From NCBI RefSeq assembly GCF_001194135.2, contig NC_068985.1, positions 122,948,100 to 123,012,099 on the forward strand: a stretch of 64,000 bases of DNA, given 5' to 3'. Numbering within the stretch: position 1 is the first letter of the stretch; each line of letters begins with the position of its first letter. The notes beneath the pieces are model-generated. The model was not told where the DNA came from, made no database searches, and saw only the letters and a program-made list of their open reading frames with translations. The position numbers and the translations under genes were made by a program. Source of the DNA: Octopus bimaculoides. Its lineage: Eukaryota. Shown one piece after another: positions 1 to 13,300 of the stretch.

Positions 1-660
1 CACAGTCTCAACCAACCTCTCCGTTTCAGGCTCTGTTTTTGCTAAGTTTTAAATCATCCATGAAGAGAAGGTGGTTGAGACGAGATCCGCTCTTTCTCAG
101 CTCATAGTGCGCGTTGACTTTGCGTCGGGCTACAGAAAGTGGGATCAAAGCTATAATAAATAACAGAGGTGAACAAGAGTCTCCCTGGAAGATACCTCTT
201 TTGATTGTTACCTCGGCTAAGTGCTGGCTGTTACATGAAAGACTTCTTTTTCCAACTAGGCATGCTGTTCTTAATCAGTGCACACACGTTCTCAGCTAGT
301 CTACACATGTCAAGTGTTTCCAAAGCCCACGAATGCAGCAACATGCCGTAGTTCTTTTTGAAGTATACTCAGACCATGCATAAGTTTTTTTGGTACTGTT
401 TACAGTTCTTCATTATAACCTTGTCTATCACAAGGTGGTCCTTGGTGCCTTTGGATCCTTTTCTGCATCCCTTTTGTTCTACTGGCAGAAGATTGTTTTC
501 TGCAAGGAACGTATATAGTTTCCCCGCGAGAGTACCTGCTAATACTTTCCATAGGAGGTTAAGACAAGCAATGGGTCGGTAATTGCCAACCTCGTTGCCC
601 TTTGACCGATCTTTCATTAACAATTTTGTCTTTATTATGATATCTGACATGGCTGGTTGC
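1..660 (-). mobile_element. Degenerate non-LTR retrotransposon RT fragment, R4/Dong-like clade
   Basis: The minus-strand translation gives GNYRPIACLNLLWKVL...LLPVEQKGCRKGSKGTKDHLVIDK, then after stops/frameshift KRGIFQGDSCSPLLFIIALIPLS...RLNHLLFMDDLKL. These motifs are typical of R4/Dong RT. The fragment runs off the window start. Confidence 0.85.
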
Positions 661-1013
661 TGGAGATGTCATTCATATACCCGCTGCTCTCTTTCCATGA
701 ACTAAGGTGGTATATAATCAAACTCACATTCGAAAAATATCTGGGAATGCAGAGTGGCTTCATTTATATACTACTTTAGCAGAGATACCTAACTAACCTC
801 TACCCTCGAGAAACTGGTTTCTTTCCTAGAAAATCTTATAAGATTTCAAACAATTTTACATCAGTTCGTTTCTATTTAAAGAATAATTTCAAACTAGACT
901 TGTATTGACTGAATTGTTTGGCTCCTTTTCCTAAATCAGTAATTGAATAAAGTCGGTAGTAACTGGGAACATTAAAACTATAGTAAAATAATTCATTGTA
1001 CTCTATGCATTAG

Positions 1014-1061
<48 letters not shown>

Positions 1062-1064
1062 AAC
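1014..1064. repeat. (AAC)n microsatellite
   Basis: Directly visible, with a short cag interruption. Confidence 0.95.
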
Positions 1065-1792
1065 GATATGATTGCCTGAAGATATACTAGTTTAAAATGA
1101 TGAAAAGCTGTTACTTTTAGAATACTCCTTAACTTATGGAACAAATGTTTCAGTATATGACCAACATATATTCTAAAATCAATGATGTCCTTTGCAAGTA
1201 GATGTAGAAATGAGAAATCGAGAAAATAATTACAAACAAGTAGTTTCAAAGAAAGCAGAAGATTTTATTTTATCCAGCTGGTCCAGAATTTTCGGTGCAT
1301 TCAAGAATGTTGATAGGAAGTCAGAATTATAAAAGAAAAGAATAACTTTGTTAAAACCTTCCCGCTGACTACCTTTGATTCATAATATCGTGAACTTTGC
1401 TGGAAACGGTAATTTCATACATCTCTTTGAATTCTGGCCAATTTTTTTTTATCGTTTTAAAAATCATTTCGTGACTATACCAAGCGAATACTGCAGCTGT
1501 AGGTGAAATGGTGCAATAAATACAATGCTTTTGTTACGCGTTTGTCTACTATTTGTTATGGCATCTCTAATATCACTAAGGTATCCCTGTATCCAGCCGA
1601 CAAAGACCTAACTAACAATTAGAAAAATAGGGTTTAGTGCTAAAAGCATTTGTGGCCCAAATAGACAAAAAAGAAATCAATAGATAACTGAATCAATATT
1701 AGGTTGCATTGGGGGCTAGTAGGATGCAATTTACCATTTATATTTAGTCATTGCTCCGTTGACAAAGCCACGCAACTCTTAAATTGACTTGT

Positions 1793-2010
1793 CCATCCAT
1801 CCATCCATCCATCCATCCAGCCAGCCAGCCAGCCATCCACCACTTTCTCTATGTATGTATGTATGTATGTATGTATGCATGTATGCATGTATGCATGTAT
1901 GCATGTATGCATGTATATATGTATGTATGTATGCATGTATGCATGTATGTATGTATGTATGTATGTATGTATGTATGTATGTATCTATCTATCTATCTAT
2001 CTATCTATCA
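1793..2010. repeat. Compound tetranucleotide microsatellite (TCCA)(GCCA)(TATG/CATG)(TATC)
   Basis: Directly visible; it explains several spurious ORFs here. Confidence 0.95.
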
Positions 2011-2189
2011 AAAATTAGAGAAAGAGAGAGAGAGACATTGGCGAAACAAAAGTATTTTGTTGGACTAATGATTATGGATTATACATATATATTTATGAAA
2101 ATAAAGTTCCTTCCTGAGCTACAGGCTCGAAAGGCCGGTTCTTCGGACTCTGCGGTGCAGATACTATTCCGCTGGACGGAACGCGCGAT

Positions 2190-2320
2190 CGTCACAGGAT
2201 AACTCAGTTTGCCAACTGAGTAGACTGGAGCCAAACAAAATAAATTGCTTTGCTCAAGAACATAACCCATCAGCCGCCTGAGAAATTGAAACCACAATCT
2301 TACGACCTTGAGTTTAATTC
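2190..2320 (-). mobile_element. tRNA-derived SINE fragment (family B)
   Basis: gtagactggagc...ttgctcaagaacataac...gaaattgaaaccacaatcttacg resembles the copies at 8430-8560 and 11840-11930 and the plus-strand head at 21640-21720. Confidence 0.55.
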
Positions 2321-2499
2321 TCCAATCACGAAGTCACGCATCTCCACCCCCCATATATACATATATACATATATATATAACATTTGATAATTTCTTTATA
2401 GATATGATCCTTGCTGCATATCTATACTTTCATACATCCAGAAGGATGCTTTACCACCTCATATGCAAATATGTCATGAGTTTAAAGGATAATAATCCG

Positions 2500-2665
2500 C
2501 TCTACTGCAGGTACAAGGCCTGAAATCTTGGGAAAAGGGATAGTCTATTATATCGACTCTAATGCTCAACTGATATTTATTTCATCGTCCTCGAAAGGTT
2601 GAAAGGCAAACTCAAGGCAAGCGTTTTATCCGGCGTGCTAAATATTCTACCGGTTTGCCACCTTA
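2500..2665 (-). mobile_element. Degenerate, internally deleted SINE (family A)
   Basis: acaaggcctgaaat...cgaaaggttgaaaggcaaa...ggcgtgctaa matches the reverse complement of family A copies such as 14570-14781. Confidence 0.6.
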
Positions 2666-3269
2666 GTTTAAAGAATAATAAATAACATTAACGAATATTA
2701 ACTCAATCGGTTCATTATAGAATTAATTCCAGCTACGTTAAATGTCCCAGATGTGACCCGTGTCTCTCAAGAATGCATAACATTCAGCCACAGCATTTTG
2801 TAATTACGAATGATTGGAATGACTGAATTTCAGCAGCCACTCCTATCGGTGTGTACTGGGAAATTTCCGAACATTATAAAGTAATAAATCAAAATCGTCT
2901 AAAATAGTTTATTTCCTTTAATAAGTTTTCATTACACTGAAAGGTGGAAATAAGTGTGAAAAAAAAAAGAAAAACCTTTCAGTATTCATCGATAATAATG
3001 TTCCATTAAATAATGGACAATTTTCTTTCTACCGAGAGACTTGTACTCATGATACGAAAAAGGGAGGTCACTATGGAATGACACGTGACATTATACTAAT
3101 GTATCAAGCGAATAACGCGGTACGATTTAATCAACGGATCTGGGAAACATTGCGCGTCGTTTATATCATCAACCCGCATACGCACACACGCAGACACACA
3201 CACGTGTGGGTGTATATATACACACATACATACATACATGTGTGTATGTATGTATATATGTATATATAT

Positions 3270-3325
<56 letters not shown>

Positions 3326-4031
3326 TACTAATAAATTATCAAAGTATTTTCAATAGAAATGATATTGAATGTCATTCGACACCCACCTAGCATTAACGTC
3401 CAATATAGCAATGTAATACACTCCTCGATACGATTTGATATGAGAATTAAGTGCAAGAATATGGGCAAATTACAAATGAATTATATATTAATTCTCGTGG
3501 GAAACATCCAATTGAGTGTAATGTATTTTTACATTGGTTAGATACAATTATACGTAATTTGAGGATAAGAGCGCTCAATGTCGGTAGTAGGGTAATCATG
3601 AATACATTTGACATGTAAAAAAAGGGTTAATTTGTTCTTACGTTTATGATTGAAAAGTAGGCTCTACGTTTATGTTGATTACTGTATATCTATATGTATT
3701 TCTAGTCAACAGAGGAGATCCAGAGATTCTCAATATAGAAAACACTTAGTAGCGGTCAAATTATTCAAACTTAGACTCCGATGTGTTTACGGGAGCCCAA
3801 TTCCGCGGAGTATATTATAAGAGGAATCAAGTAGAGGAGTCATGGAGGCAATTATGCGGATAAACAAATTAAGTATCAGTTTGATCTATTAATATAAATA
3901 GCTATATATTATACCTAAATATTCATCGTGTGAAAAATTTCTGTCTTTGTTTCTCTCGTTTTGTATATCAAACCAAAGCGTTTACATTTAATTTGTTCAA
4001 CCGCATTATTACCTATATATGNNNNNNNNNN

Positions 4032-4149
4032 TATTATTTGATTGAACGCCACGCATCCATTTCCAAGTAAGTTTATCTTAAATCTTTTGATGCGACCCTG
4101 CTCTATATTATTTTCTCCCTCATCTTTTTCTCCCCTTCACCATTTTCTA

Positions 4150-4180
<31 letters not shown>

Positions 4181-4500
4181 CCCTTTACTTTTTTCTCTGT
4201 CGTTGCTCACACGCGACCATCGTCCATCTTTCTTTTCCTCGCGTGAGCATCTCTTTTCGTTCAGAAAATATTTCTCCAGCGTTCGCTTTTTTACCTTCGT
4301 TCTGGTCTAACGACCTTCCATGTCTGTTTTCGTTCTGTTTCCTTGTATGTCTCCACTGTCCTGTTTTTGCTCCCAACTTTGACCCTTCATAAATCCCAAG
4401 TTTTATTTTGGTAGCCGATAACTGATGAAGGGTCGTTCTTTACGTTACTTGTTTTCCATTTGTTTCTCTCGTTGTTTGCGTATAAAACTCATTTGTTTTC
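4032..4500 (-). mobile_element. Unclassified retroposon-like repeat, copy 1
   Basis: About 390 bp are shared with 4738-5170. On the minus strand it ends ...gcgtggcgttcaatcaaataata next to a small gap. Confidence 0.5.
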
Positions 4501-4544
4501 GTATTTCATGTTGTTTACTGTTGTTGACGTCCTGTACCCATATA

Positions 4545-4732
<188 letters not shown>

Positions 4733-4737
4733 ATCTA

Positions 4738-5170
4738 TATTACTTGATTGAACGCCACGCATCCATTTCCAAGTAAGTTTATCTAAAATATTTTGATGCG
4801 ACTGTGCTCTATACTGTTTTCTCCTTCATCTTTTTCTCCCCTTCACCGTTTTCTATCTGCCTGTCTGTCTCTCTCTTTCTCTTTTTCTCTCTCTCGTTGC
4901 TCACACATGACCATCGTACATCTTTCTTTTTCTCAAGTGATCATATTTCTTTTCCTTCAGGACTGTCCTAAGGACTCGACATATTCTACCTCTCTCTTCT
5001 ATCTTTTCTATTTTCAAAGAAAATATTTCTCCAGCGTTCGCTATTTTACCATCGTTCTGGTCTAACAACCATCCATGTTTGTTTTCGTACTGTTTCCTTG
5101 TATGTCTCCACTGTCCTGTTTTTGTTCCCAACTTTGATGCTCCATAAATCCCAAATTCTATTTTGGTAGT
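4738..5170 (-). mobile_element. Unclassified retroposon-like repeat, copy 2
   Basis: It starts with the same ttgattgaacgccacgcatccatttccaagtaagtttatct as copy 1, carries a ~70-bp insertion and abuts the long (ATT)n tract. Confidence 0.5.
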
Positions 5171-5303
5171 CCGTGGGTTTTGAACACAAACCTCAAAGAG
5201 TAAACAGTGAAACATATTTCGTATGACCCTCTAACGACTCTCTCCCAGTACCTTTAAAAAGACGGTATGATTACGGTTGTAAAGCTCATTATAGAACTAC
5301 TTA

Positions 5304-5440
5304 TTCTGCCGAGGTCGAGTTTACCTTTCATTCTTTCAGGGTTTATAAATTAAGTATCAGTTGAGTACTGGAGTTGATCTAATCGACTGGCCCCTTCCTC
5401 AAAATTTTCGAGCCTTGTGCCTAGAGTAGAAAAGATTATA
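5304..5440 (+). mobile_element. SINE family A, 3' half (tail A)
   Basis: gccgaggtcgagtttacctttcattc...ataaattaagtatcag...ccttgtgcctagagtagaaaagattat. Confidence 0.8.
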
Positions 5441-6511
5441 AAACTACTTGATCAGTGTTGACCTCAGCCGAAATAGCAACAATAAAAAAAAAACGCAACA
5501 ACACCAACAATAAACAAGCATGGGAGTGTCTACCTTCTCAGTAAAACTATTATATGTAGCAGCCAAATTTCTCTTAAATCGTACCCTAATGTCCTGAAAA
5601 GGAAATGAGTCTATTGGAATGCTCCAGCTGAAAGCCTCTGGTCATAAGTCTTTCTGCTGAAATTGCCTTGAAAAAGGCAAAAAAAAACCCCACCAGCACC
5701 ACTACCAGCACCACCACGACCACCACCACGACGACGACGACCACCACCACCACCACCACCGAAGTAGTAGAAATAGAACTGTGACAACAATAACAGCAAC
5801 ACAAAGTCGAATTAAGTCCAGCACCTGCTGCCTCAGTGACAAATCATTTAAAGATGGCTGCATTGCAGCATGCTGTTTCTATAGCAACAATGCTAGTGAC
5901 ATCGTGGCCATGCAACGACCGGCTGATAGCTACAAAAGCTGCAGGTGTCGTTCAAAACATTTAACTGTTATCCCTTTTTATTTCTGTCTATTCATCCGTC
6001 AGCAACATATATCATGCAGTTTTGTAATACGAGTTTTCAAACATATATACATAAATATTTGCATATCATAGACTAAGAGAAACACTGCTGATTTTGGGGC
6101 GATATATTTTGGTTTCAACGTCATTGCAGACCAGACTGTTGGAAAGCAAAATGCAGCTAGAGATGCGGCAAGAAAAAAAAAAAAATACTGGAATCTTTCC
6201 CGAAAGGGATGCTGTGTAGTACAGTAAGAAAGGAACGGAAATATAAGAAATTAAAAGGAATCATAAGTATCAAAGGCTTCAAAATACTAAGATTTAAACA
6301 CATAATGTAAAATTTAACGTTAAACGTTAAATTACATTAAACGTTTTAAAATATTTATTTGGAAGCTACATCTTAAGCAAATAATAATTGGTAATCTAAG
6401 ATAAATTCTTTAGTCGTATTAAAAAGTAGCGACGCGGAACTAAACGTAACGATGGTAAGAATTTCAGTTTTCAGTTTGGTTGCTTTTATTATTATTAATC
6501 CTCAATTCTAC

Positions 6512-6750
6512 CTTGGTTTCAAATTTTGGCACAAGGTTAGCAATTTGGTGTGCGCGTGTGTGGGGCGGGATAGGGTGTTGGTAAATCGATTACATCGACA
6601 CCAGTATACAACTGGTACTTATTTTTTCAACACCGAAAAGATGAAAGGCAAGGTCAACCTCGGTGGAATTTGAACTCAGAATGTAACGACGGACGAAATG
6701 CCGCTAAGCATTTCGCCCAGCGTGCTAACGCTTCTGTCAGCTCTCCGACG
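6512..6750 (-). mobile_element. SINE family A, near full length (tail B)
   Basis: The reverse complement has a tRNA-like head with a B box (GAGTTCAAATTCC), the core gcctttcatc...gaaaaaataagtaccag and the tail ...ccttgtgccaaaatttgaaacc. Confidence 0.85.
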
Positions 6751-6882
6751 TAATCCTCAGTTATGTATAAAATACTTCCCATCATGTTTGTGCGTGCTAA
6801 TGTGTGTGTGCTAATGTGTCTGCATGTGCTAGTGTGTGTATGTATGTGTGTTCGCGTGTGTGTAGTATATATGTATATCACG

Positions 6883-6916
<34 letters not shown>

Positions 6917-7117
6917 TACACACACATATATATATATATATATGTATATATNNNNNNNNNNNNNNNNNNNNNNNNNNNNNNNNNNNNNNNNNNNNNNNNN
7001 NNNNNNNNNNNNNNNNNNNNNNNNNNNNNNNNNNNNNNNNNNNNNNNNNNNNNNNNNNNNNNNNNNNNNNNNNNNNNNNNNNNNNNNNNNNNNNNNNNNN
7101 NNNNNNNNNNNNNNNNN

Positions 7118-7152
<35 letters not shown>

Positions 7153-7894
7153 TAACCTTTGATTGTATGTCTCTCTCGCTATATATATATATATGTTGAC
7201 AGATAGATAGATAGGTAGATAATGAGAGAGAGAGAGAGACGGGGAGAGATAGACAGATGATATAGATATAGATTTACACACAAACATATGCATATACATA
7301 CATACATTCATACACACACGTGTGTGTGTGTGTGTGTTGACAACATACTGTGCATTGTCATTTATGCGTGATTATCAAGCATAGTCTCGTCATAGAGCAA
7401 TGAAATGTCAAAACCTTTCATTCTCGAGATGTTTGTGGCAATGAACGTGTTTGTAGTGTGCACTATAGGTGTTTGCGTGAAGGAGATAGCAATAGAAGTG
7501 GAAGTGGTGGTGGTGATGGTGATGATGGTGGCGCTTCCTGGTGGAAACCGTTATAATGACAGTGATGATGCTAGTGGCGATAATACAGTATTGGTGATGT
7601 TGGAGTTGTTGCACCAGCAACATCTAGGAAAGTTATAAAGTAAAGAAATACGAGCAAGTCATCTTACTTGTAAGCGTAGAAAAGAAGAGGCAGCCGATAT
7701 TATATTTGCAGTTATATAAATATAAACCAGCACCACCTATTATCAAAAGAAAAAGAACCCCCTGTGAACTTTCTGCATTGTTAACTCCATCTGCTAGCAA
7801 TAAGCAGTCAAGTATATCTCAAATCGCCCCTGTCTCCAGTCATATTGTGGACCTTACCCTGTTACTCGCGACCGAATATAGCTTGGTGACATAC

Positions 7895-8070
7895 TCTTTT
7901 ACTTGTTTCAATCTTTTGACTGCGGCCATGCTGGAGCACCGCCTTTAGTCGAGCAGATCGACCCCAGGACTTATTCTTTGGAAGCCTAGTACTTATTCTA
8001 TCGGTCTCTTTTGCCGAACCGCTAAGTTACGGGGACGTAAACACACCAGCATTGGTTGTCAAGCGATGTT

Positions 8071-8116
<46 letters not shown>

Positions 8117-8292
8117 CATATACATATATACGACGGGCTTCTTTCAGTTTCCGTCTACCAAATCCACTCACAAGGCTTTGGTCGGCCCGAGGCTATAGTA
8201 GAAGAGACTTGCCCAAGGTGCCACGCAGTGGGACTGAACCCGGCACCATGTGGTTGGTAAGCATGCTACTTACCGCGCAGCCACTCCTACGC
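7895..8292 (-). mobile_element. tRNA-derived SINE family C with internal (CA)/(TA) microsatellite
   Basis: The reverse complement reads ggagtggctgcgcggtaag...ggttcagtcccactgcgtggcaccttgggcaag... Related copies lie at 18110-18535, 49415-49905 and 60047-60428. Confidence 0.85.
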
Positions 8293-8429
8293 CTATATGT
8301 GGAAATATTTCTGCCAATTGTTTTAGGTGACGCTGTAGTCACGTGCAGACGCAAGCATAACTCACTTCCTTCCTTGTTGACCCAGTGTGTGACAGTTGTA
8401 GGGGAAAGACGGCTGTATAAATATCCTGA

Positions 8430-8560
8430 CAGATGCTTAGTAAAAGCGAGTAGAGTGGAGCAACGTGAAGTAAAGCATCTTCCTGAAGGATGCAATGCAT
8501 CATCCTGCCAAGGAAACGAACGTACCACTATGTGCTCGTGAGTGGAACGCCCTAACGGCT
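8430..8560 (-). mobile_element. SINE family B fragment
   Basis: gagtagagtggagcaacgtgaagtaaagcatcttcctgaagga...gaacgccctaac. Confidence 0.55.
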
Positions 8561-8837
8561 TGGTCATATCTTAAGCATAAAGAAACAACTCCGATATTGC
8601 TGTCATAGATATAAAAGTGAAAGGGCAGTGATGGCCTCACCTAGTCTGAACAAACTTAACTACAATGACATCATCATCATCATCATCATTAGCAGCAGCA
8701 GTGGCAGCAGCAGTAGCAGCAGCAGTAGCAAAGATAATGAAATCATCTTAGCAAACGAATAAACTAGTATGTAAAATGCGAAATGTATTAATCTACATTT
8801 ATTACGCGCACGCGTACACATATATTGGTTTAAATAT

Positions 8838-9100
8838 ATCATCATCATCATCATCGTCGTCGTTTAATGTCCGCTTTCCATGCTAGCATGGGTTGGACGA
8901 CTTGACTGAGAACTGGTGAAACCGGATGGCAACACCAGGCTCCAATCTAAATTTGGCAGAGTTTCTACAGCTGGATGCCCTTCCTAACGCCAACCACTCA
9001 GAGAGTGTAGTAGGTCCTTTTACGTGTCACCTGCACGAAGGGCAGTCAGGCGATACTGGCAACGGCCACGCTCGAAATGGTGTCTTTTATGTGCCACCCG
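8838..9100 (-). mobile_element. Non-autonomous RTE-like retroposon 3' part with (GAT)n tail, truncated by a gap
   Basis: (cat)n-cgtttaatgtccgctttccatgctagcatgggttgg...ggatgcccttcctaacgccaacc. A related 3' end lies at ~63729-63765. The RTE assignment comes from motif familiarity only. Confidence 0.55.
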
Positions 9101-10310
9101 NNNNNNNNNNNNNNNNNNNNNNNNNNNNNNNNNNNNNNNNNNNNNNNNNNNNNNNNNNNNNNNNNNNNNNNNNNNNNNNNNNNNNNNNNNNNNNNNNNNN
9201 NNNNNNNNNNNNNNNNNNNNNNNNNNNNNNNNNNNNNNNNNNNNNNNNNNNNNNNNNNNNNNNNNNNNNNNNNNNNNNNNNNNNNNNNNNNNNNNNNNNN
9301 NNNNNNNNNNNNNNNNNNNNNNNNNNNNNNNNNNNNNNNNNNNNNNNNNNNNNNNNNNNNNNNNNNNNNNNNNNNNNNNNNNNNNNNNNNNNNNNNNNNN
9401 NNNNNNNNNNNNNNNNNNNNNNNNNNNNNNNNNNNNNNNNNNNNNNNNNNNNNNNNNNNNNNNNNNNNNNNNNNNNNNNNNNNNNNNNNNNNNNNNNNNN
9501 NNNNNNNNNNNNNNNNNNNNNNNNNNNNNNNNNNNNNNNNNNNNNNNNNNNNNNNNNNNNNNNNNNNNNNNNNNNNNNNNNNNNNNNNNNNNNNNNNNNN
9601 NNNNNNNNNNNNNNNNNNNNNNNNNNNNNNNNNNNNNNNNNNNNNNNNNNNNNNNNNNNNNNNNNNNNNNNNNNNNNNNNNNNNNNNNNNNNNNNNNNNN
9701 NNNNNNNNNNNNNNNNNNNNNNNNNNNNNNNNNNNNNNNNNNNNNNNNNNNNNNNNNNNNNNNNNNNNNNNNNNNNNNNNNNNNNNNNNNNNNNNNNNNN
9801 NNNNNNNNNNNNNNNNNNNNNNNNNNNNNNNNNNNNNNNNNNNNNNNNNNNNNNNNNNNNNNNNNNNNNNNNNNNNNNNNNNNNNNNNNNNNNNNNNNNN
9901 NNNNNNNNNNNNNNNNNNNNNNNNNNNNNNNNNNNNNNNNNNNNNNNNNNNNNNNNNNNNNNNNNNNNTATATATATATATATATCTGTTTATGCAGTTA
10001 TTGACTTATTTCATTTGTTAATTTGTATCACTCACACCTGTTTGTAATAATTTAATAAATAGATATAATTGAATGTTTACTGGCTGATGTTTGTCGATTG
10101 TATATCCTCTCCATTTTCTTATGATATAAGGTATATATATATATATATATATATATACATACCTTGGTTTCGATTCCAGTCTAATCAGAAGGCAGAACCT
10201 TTAGATGGAATGGAAACTTATGATGCTTATGTCCTTTTCTTTAAACCAGCATAAATGAAATTGTTTCCGTCAGGAATCGAAACCATTTCATGTGTATTTG
10301 TATTTATTAG

Positions 10311-10390
10311 GAGCTTACTACTCGCTTTAGAGTGCTTCCTTCAATATTATTCAGTTCCTCACGTAATGACAGAAAATTAGTCCTCACCAG
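10311..10390 (+). CDS. Weak candidate internal exon of an unidentified gene
   Basis: tttgtatttattag acceptor and CAG/gtaaga donor. One frame is open (ELTTRFRVLPSILFSSSRNDRKLVLT). No homology was recognised. Confidence 0.2.
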
Positions 10391-13300
10391 GTAAGATTTC
10401 TTTTTTAAAGAACAACAAAATAAAATAAAACAGAGAAAAACCAGCAAAGTATAATTTAATTTATTTTGTAAAACCAGAAATCAAAATACATAATAAAAGC
10501 CACGCACCCCCTTAAAGAATGAAAATGTCGGCTTTGGGTAAACATCGATAATATTTAATACATAATTAGACCGAATGAAATAGTAACCGGTTAGAAATAC
10601 ACTGCAACACAAATACACAAGGGCAATAGAAAGAAATTCTCTCACTAAACGTTCGATAACTAATTGTTCTCTTGTTCATTGCCACTATAATACAATGTTC
10701 CAGTTGATTACTCAAAATAATTTCGTTGGAACAAATATCCAATGCGTATTGTTCTGCCTCGTAGATTTTTATTCTTTCGTTTCGTTTCTCTTTGTGTAGT
10801 TTTATTTCGTTGATTCGCGATGATTATAGGAGGAAATGTTATATACATGGACACATATATATGAACATGCATACATATGAACATGCATACATATATACGA
10901 ACATACATTCATATGAAGCAAATATAAATAAAAGAAATCGTCTAATTAATTTTGAAACAAATTAACAGTAGTCAGAAACTATACAGCTTGGAGATAATTA
11001 TGAAACATACTATTATTCATTTGTTAGTATCTGCGCTGTGTTGTAATTTACGCAGTCAATCATTTGATTGCAAACGTATGGGTTGAGAAAACCCACGAGA
11101 AATATGTTTTTAGCTGTGAATGGATAAACGAAACAGCAGTGGGTAAGGAGTTATTGTACTTTTACAAAGACGCTCACATGCTTGAACACACACAAACACA
11201 CACACACGATCTCCACACATGTACAGGAAGCAAAGTTATAAAAGGTTTGTTGCAGGTGTTGATATATATATGGCCGTATGGGGGTCTAACAGCTATTATG
11301 CGTTGATGTATGAATATCTTGTAAAAATTATGGCGGACTGCATTGCAGTAATTGGATATTATTTGTTTGCATAACTCACCTTTACCGGATCTATTACTCC
11401 TCTGCATTGTAAGCTATGCATTTCGCATTGATATGAGTTATACCCAGATATTTTCTGTTTTCACTCCGTCCACTAATCTATAGAGGAATTTGCAAATAGT
11501 TTTGACAGACGTTGGTGTGTAATGGAAGTAAACGCTTTCGATTATATAAATTCTAAAATATTCGAGATATTATATTGGCATTACCGCATTACCAGATAAT
11601 AGGTATTTTGTTATTTATCTTTATGGAACTGGCCATAAAGTACAGCCAGTTTTCATTCGCAAGCGAATATGGTTTAGTAGTATGTACTATATTTTCGTTA
11701 AATGTTTTAGGTGCCTATGTAGCCAGGAGTGACAAGAGACTTTCTCAATCTCCTCACTTTTGACCCAGCAAACCATCTAGCATTTAACTACTCGAGTAGG
11801 AGATGGGTGCGCTAGCACCCAGCTGATATTCATTATATCTAAGTAGACTGGAGCTGCGAGAAATGAAGTGCCTTGCTGAAGGACGCCACGCGTTTCCCTG
11901 TCCATGAACTGAACTCACTGCCAATGTGGCACACATTTTCACACTTATAAGAATAGTAGTTCCCAAATCATTCTTTCTTTATATATATATATATATATAT
12001 ATATCAAAATAAGCAACACGGATTTCAAAAATGATTGCAGTACGCACGTTTCATGCTACTCCATTTATTTAAGTAATGCGAGCATTACATTAAATGCAAT
12101 ATGAAGAGCAATCTTCAGCTGCAGGAAAAATACAGAATCTGATTTTCTGCATTTTTCCTGCAGNNNNNNNNNNNNNNNNNNNNNNNNNNNNNNNNNNNNN
12201 NNNNNNNNNNNNNNNNNNNNNNNNNNNNNNNNNNNNNNNNNNNNNNNNNNNNNNNNNNNNNNNNNNNNNNNNNNNNNNNNNNNNNNNNNNNNNNNNNNNN
12301 NNNNNNNNNNNNNNNNNNNNNNNNNNNNNNNNNNNNNNNNNNNNNNNNNNNNNNNNNNNNNNNNNNNNNNNNNNNNNNNNNNNNNNNNNNNNNNNNNNNN
12401 NNNNNNNNNNNNNNNNNNNNNNNNNNNNNNNNNNNNNNNNNNNNNNNNNNNNNNNNNNNNNNNNNNNNNNNNNNNNNNNNNNNNNNNNNNNNNNNNNNNN
12501 NNNNNNNNNNNNNNNNNNNNNNNNNNNNNNNNNNNNNNNNNNNNNNNATATATATATATATATATATATACTTATTAACCATTCTTGAGGGGGTGTATAT
12601 AACATTTTTAGTGATATATATACAGGATAAGTTTTCAGTATGGTGAAAAACGACAACTAGATCTATAAATACTCACCTTTTTCATATTTGCCAACGAAGT
12701 AACCTCGGTGTGGTCCTACTATCCATTATAAATTACTATAAAATTGCATCGATTACACTCATTTACCCTTGAAAAGAGATCCATACATTGGATAATGCAT
12801 TCCTAATTCCTACATATACAAAAAGTGATTTAGTCATGGTTGGGTTGTCCGTGATCATAAGTCTGTACGGTCCTAGCGGAACTAGAGCAAAACATCATTA
12901 GCAACAGTTTTAATGATTTTATATATAAAGTATCGCATGATTTGTGTAACAATTACAAATGACAACTGCGTAAGATGTTCGTACATCAAGAAAAGCTGCG
13001 GGCAAGGACCAAATGCAAGTAAATGTTCTGTTGTTATTCTTATACTTGCAAAAAATGATAATGTTATTTTAACGTGCCCGAGTGCACACACTCACGCACT
13101 CATACAAGTACAAACACACACACACACACACACACACGTATCGCCGTCTTCGTCTTCTAATTCCATTTATACCTAGGAAACCTCATACAGTTATTTATCG
13201 ATTCCAGTACATAACCCCGGAAGGATGAAACGTAAATTCATCTTCAGTAAAATATAAACAATGCATTTTCTCCGATTTTGTCAATCTAGAATTTGACGGT

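Noticed and set aside
6303-6339. ~17-bp AT-rich palindrome centred on 6322
   Set aside because: It is short and very AT-rich, has no associated element and is plausibly chance or slippage.
8926-10047. Long ORFs of 150-460 aa in the ORF track (also at 12.1, 17.0, 18.7, 28.8, 35.9, 42.6-43.9, 47.1 and 60.3 kb)
   Set aside because: They are open only because they run through N gaps and (TA)/(CA) repeats.
10160-10200. Minus-strand gcctt-ctgatta-gactggaatc-gaaac-c-aagg, hammerhead-like
   Set aside because: The core has G8U and there is no stem III or cleavage triplet consistent with stem I. It may be a decayed Penelope terminus but is unsupported.
12640-12760. Minus-strand AAG/gtgagt donor, plus similar isolated splice-like sites at 26350, 27660, 30838, 31171-31234 and 57518
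   Set aside because: The acceptors are weak, or there are stops in the usable frames or no recognisable peptide. This is the expected background.
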